Source of the DNA: Actinomycetes bacterium
GTDB taxonomy: Bacteria; Armatimonadota; SYMT01
Length of the DNA: 60,658 nucleotides
Assembly: GCA_031426395.1 (NCBI GenBank)
Contig: JANPLG010000399.1
Coordinates: 1-60,658 of the forward strand
Direction of reading: 5' to 3'
Part shown: piece by piece, positions 57,332-60,658 of the stretch
Position numbering within the stretch: position 1 is the stretch's first letter
How the letters are laid out: the number at the start of each line of letters is the position of its first letter
Translations under genes and position numbers: made by a program
Notes under the pieces: generated by a model
Database searches by the model: none
What the model was told of the DNA's origin: nothing
Seen by the model: only the letters and a program-made list of their open reading frames with translations

Positions 57332-59076
57332 TAGTGGTTGCCCCCGTTTGCGGGAGCCGCGCCGCCATCAGCACCAGGAGCGCCAGCGCCGGGTGCGCCG
57401 CCCGGAATCGCACCCGGTATCCCTCCGGGAAAGGTGGGTGCGCCGCCACCGGGAAGCGTCAGGCCCGCCGGGCCGCCGGGCGCGCCCAGACCGCCTGCTC
57501 CGGCGCCGGGATTAGCGTTGACGGCCATCCGCCCGTGCGCCTCAGCAAGGGGCTGCACCACCCGCGCGTAGACTGCCTGATCCATCATCCCCATCAGGTG
57601 GCCCGGATAGATTCCGATCCAGAACATGCCCGCCACCAGCGGGAGAAGGGTGCAGATCTCGCGGAAATTGAGGTCCTTGAGCTTCCTGTTCTCCGGGTTG
57701 TCCAGCGGACCTTGCATTACGCGCTGGAACATCCAGAGCATGTAGACCGCGCCAAGGATGACGCCGGTCGCACCCAGGGCGGCTGCCCATGGAGCGCCGA
57801 ACGGCTGCTCCGGCGTCACGCGCCCCCAGGTCCCCAGAAGGATGTAGAACTCGCCGACGAACCCGTTCAGTCCGGGGAGCCCGACACTGGAGAGCATCGC
57901 GATAATTAGGAAGAAGCCGAAGACCGGGACCACTTTCCAGATGCCGCCGTAAGCGCTGATCTCGCGCGTGTGGCGGCGCTCGTAGATCATGCCGACCAGC
58001 AGGAAGAGCGCGCCGGTAGAGAGGCCGTGGTTGATCATCTGCAGCACGCTCCCCATCACTCCCTCACGCGTGAAGGCGAAGAGACCGAGCACGCAGAAGC
58101 CAAGGTGGCTGACGGATGAGTAGGCGACGAGCCGCTTGATGTCCTGCTGAACAAGGGCCATCAGCGCCCCATAGATGATCCCGATCACTGCAAGGGCGAG
58201 GAACCAGGGAGCTGTCTGGATGGCCTGTTCCGGGAAGAGCGGGATGGCGAACCGGAGGAAGCCGTAGGTTCCCATCTTCAGCAGCACCCCGGCCAGGATC
58301 ACCGATCCGGCGGTCGGCGCCTCCACGTGGGCATCGGGGAGCCAGGTGTGGAACGGGAACATCGGCACCTTCACGGCGAAGGCGGCGGAGAAGGCGAGGA
58401 AGAGCCAGAACTTGACGTTCGGCCCCAGCGTGGAGCTGGTGGCGATGGGGCTGTTCGGACCCACCAGCACCTCGAGGTCGAAGGTCGGCTGTCCGGCCTG
58501 GGCGCTGGCGACGTAGATCCAGACAATGCCCACCAGCATCAGCAGCGCGCCCACCAACGTGTAGAGCACGAACTTGATGGTGGCGTACTGCCGCCTCGCC
58601 CCGCCCCAGATCCCGATGAGGAAATACATCGGGATGAGCGTGATCTCCCAGAAGACGTAGAAGAGCACCAGATCGAGCGCGGTGAACACGCCCAGCATTC
58701 CGGTCTCCAGCACCAGCAGGAAGATGAAGTACTCCTTCACCCGCTCCCGCACGCTTTCCCAGGAGGAGAGCATCGCAATGAAGGAGAGCACCGTGGTGAG
58801 GATGATCATCGCCAGGCTGATGCCGTCCGAGGCAACCTTGTACCGGATGCCGAACTGGGGGATCCAGTCGACATCGGTCATGAACTGGTAGGCCGCGTTG
58901 TCCGCGAACTTGAACTGCGGCAGCAGCAGCAGCGACGCGATGATGGTCGCGACGGCGAACCAGCAGGCCGTGACCTTAATCAGCCCGTCCTGGTCACGGG
59001 GGATGAAGGCGAGCACAACCGCCCCCAGCAAGGGGAGATACAGGACCAGGTTCAGGAGAAAGCTAGGATTGTCCAT
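57331..59076 (-). CDS. nuoM: NADH-quinone oxidoreductase subunit M
   Basis: DGIS, FYVFWE, KVPMFPFHTWLPDAHVEAPT, LLKMGTYG, KRLVAYSSVSHLG, GLPGLNGFVGEF. Confidence 0.97.
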   Translation of the reverse strand: MDNPSFLLNLVLYLPLLGAVVLAFIPRDQDGLIKVTACWFAVATIIASLLLLPQFKFADNAAYQFMTDVDWIPQFGIRYKVASDGISLAMIILTTVLSFIAMLSSWESVRERVKEYFIFLLVLETGMLGVFTALDLVLFYVFWEITLIPMYFLIGIWGGARRQYATIKFVLYTLVGALLMLVGIVWIYVASAQAGQPTFDLEVLVGPNSPIATSSTLGPNVKFWLFLAFSAAFAVKVPMFPFHTWLPDAHVEAPTAGSVILAGVLLKMGTYGFLRFAIPLFPEQAIQTAPWFLALAVIGIIYGALMALVQQDIKRLVAYSSVSHLGFCVLGLFAFTREGVMGSVLQMINHGLSTGALFLLVGMIYERRHTREISAYGGIWKVVPVFGFFLIIAMLSSVGLPGLNGFVGEFYILLGTWGRVTPEQPFGAPWAAALGATGVILGAVYMLWMFQRVMQGPLDNPENRKLKDLNFREICTLLPLVAGMFWIGIYPGHLMGMMDQAVYARVVQPLAEAHGRMAVNANPGAGAGGLGAPGGPAGLTLPGGGAPTFPGGIPGAIPGGAPGAGAPGADGGAAPANGGNH

Positions 59077-59263
59077 GCCACTTTTTCGGCCGCTGCGGGA
59101 GCGGTTCCCGGCTGGCGGGCGGATGGTCGCGGTGTCCGGTCGGACGGGGCGGAGAGCGTTCGCGCTCTCCGGGGTCCGCCGGGCGAGGCCCGGGCCGTTG
59201 TTCAGGATCTAGTTGGGTGAAAGAGGTTCGAGATGCGGGAGTCCAAAAGGCATTCGCGCTGTG

Positions 59264-60658
59264 CTAATCCGCGCTGACGGGAGCGCGGCGTGAAACGATG
59301 AAGCCGCCGATCAGGACAACAACCAGGATGGGCGCGCCCCACTTGAAGATCTCCTGCCACTGGGGCCAGGAGAGCTGCTGCAGGATCAACATGAAGCAGG
59401 CGACCACAAAGACCGCGCCGGCGAGCATGACGAGGGCGTAGTTGCGGACGTAGCCGGTCTGCAGCGTGCGGAGGCTTTCGGCGAGGTAGTCGACGAAGGT
59501 GGCGGTTCCGTTGACCAGGTTGTCGATGATGGCGCGGTCGACGAAGCGGTAAAGCACGTTGGAGAGCAGCTCACCGCCGCGCACAAAGATCGCGTGCAGG
59601 GTGCCCTCGTAAGCGCGGTCGTGGGCGTCGAGCAACCGTTCGGTGCTCCGGTCCCAGCCTCGCTCGAACTGGGCCCGCATCATCCACGCCAGCCCCACCC
59701 CAATCAGGCCGGCCAGCGTCCCAGCGATGGTCGGCACCCCTAGCAACGCCTGAGCATCGAAGTGCCACTCGCCGGGGAAGTGCGGTGCCACATGACCGGC
59801 ACCACCAGCAACGTGCGGGACCATTCCCTGCGTTACAGCGTAGATGAGACCCGGCACGCGGAACACCACCGCCGCTCCCGCAAGGGAGAGGAACGCCAGC
59901 ACAATCAGCGGCCCGTTCATCAGCGGGCTTTCCGGATGGACGTGGACATGCTTATGTCCGTGCCCGTGCCCGTGCGCTTCGTGGGCGTGACCGTGGCCGC
60001 CGTGCTCGTGGGTATGGCTGCTCGGCGCGATGTCCTCGGCGCTGTCGTGCCCGTGCCCTTCGTCGCCCATCTCAATTCGTTCAGTACCGAGGAAGACGGT
60101 GAAGAACATCCGGGACATGTAGAAGGCGGTGAGACCAGCCGTGAACACTAGAACGATGAACTGCGGCATGTAGCCGTGATGCCACAGGCCTTCCAGGATC
60201 AGGTCCTTGGAGAAGAAGCCGGAACCGGGCGGAAGTCCACAGATGCAGAACCAGCCGATGCCAAAAGTCCAAAAGGTGACGGGCATGTAACGCCGCATGT
60301 TGCCCATCTTGCGCATGTCAAGCTGGCCTTCCAGCGCGTGCATCACGGCACCGGCCCCAAGGAACATCAGCGCCTTGAAGAAGGCGTGCGTTGCGAGGTG
60401 GGAAACGCCGGCAGCGTAGGCACCGGAGCCGACGCCCGCAAACATGAACCCAAGCTGGCTGACGGTGGAGTAAGCCAGGACCCGCTTGATGTCGTACTGC
60501 TTCACCGCGACAACAGCCGCCCAGATGGCGGTCAGCGTGCCGATGGTTACCACCAGAGTCTGTGCCACCTGCGACTGTCCGAACAGCGCCGCAGAACGGG
60601 CAACGAGATATACGCCCGCAGTCACCATGGTCGCCGCGTGGATGAGCGCGGAGACGGG
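59264..60658 (-). CDS. nuoL: NADH-quinone oxidoreductase subunit L, 5' part beyond the window
   Basis: Frame open to the window end (PVSALIHAATMVTAG); DIKRVLAYSTVSQLG, THAFFKALMFLGAG, GFFSKDLI, QTGYVRNY. Confidence 0.96.
   Translation of the reverse strand, partial: PVSALIHAATMVTAGVYLVARSAALFGQSQVAQTLVVTIGTLTAIWAAVVAVKQYDIKRVLAYSTVSQLGFMFAGVGSGAYAAGVSHLATHAFFKALMFLGAGAVMHALEGQLDMRKMGNMRRYMPVTFWTFGIGWFCICGLPPGSGFFSKDLILEGLWHHGYMPQFIVLVFTAGLTAFYMSRMFFTVFLGTERIEMGDEGHGHDSAEDIAPSSHTHEHGGHGHAHEAHGHGHGHKHVHVHPESPLMNGPLIVLAFLSLAGAAVVFRVPGLIYAVTQGMVPHVAGGAGHVAPHFPGEWHFDAQALLGVPTIAGTLAGLIGVGLAWMMRAQFERGWDRSTERLLDAHDRAYEGTLHAIFVRGGELLSNVLYRFVDRAIIDNLVNGTATFVDYLAESLRTLQTGYVRNYALVMLAGAVFVVACFMLILQQLSWPQWQEIFKWGAPILVVVLIGGFIVSRRAPVSAD

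Overview
High-GC bacterial chromosome segment. Lineage is inferred as probably Armatimonadota-like (ylqD in the rpsP-trmD cluster, several prepilin/DUF1559-type genes); this is not verified. Housekeeping blocks: serC; ffh-rpsP-khpA-ylqD-rimM-trmD; a tuf-S10-spc superoperon ending secY-adk-map; and nuoL(partial)-nuoM-nuoN. Accessory content: a translationally coupled type IV filament-like operon (PilC/GspF, PilB/GspE, three minor pilin-like genes, three paralogous prepilin/H-X9-DG-like proteins), a separate pilU-pilT-prepilin locus, a sulfatase plus formylglycine-generating-enzyme pair, Fic, Uma2, Rpn-like, SMI1/KNR4, VanW, a HAL3-type standalone PPC decarboxylase, glf and two zinc-ribbon/TM/PEGA paralogs. 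The most striking signals are in the ribosomal cluster. L22 carries an N-terminal ~70-aa domain that aligns with the KH domain of the adjacent S3. An EF-G2-type paralog sits between rplE and rpsN, overlapping the rpsN start, while rpsL-rpsG-fusA are absent upstream of tuf. Intergenic DNA repeatedly contains inverted arrays of 7-8-nt units, a REP-like doublet and a 22-bp tandem repeat. No rRNA, tRNA or CRISPR array was found. All assignments are from reading motifs by eye; no searches were run. Several start codons were moved from the ORF track using RBS and stop/start overlap evidence.
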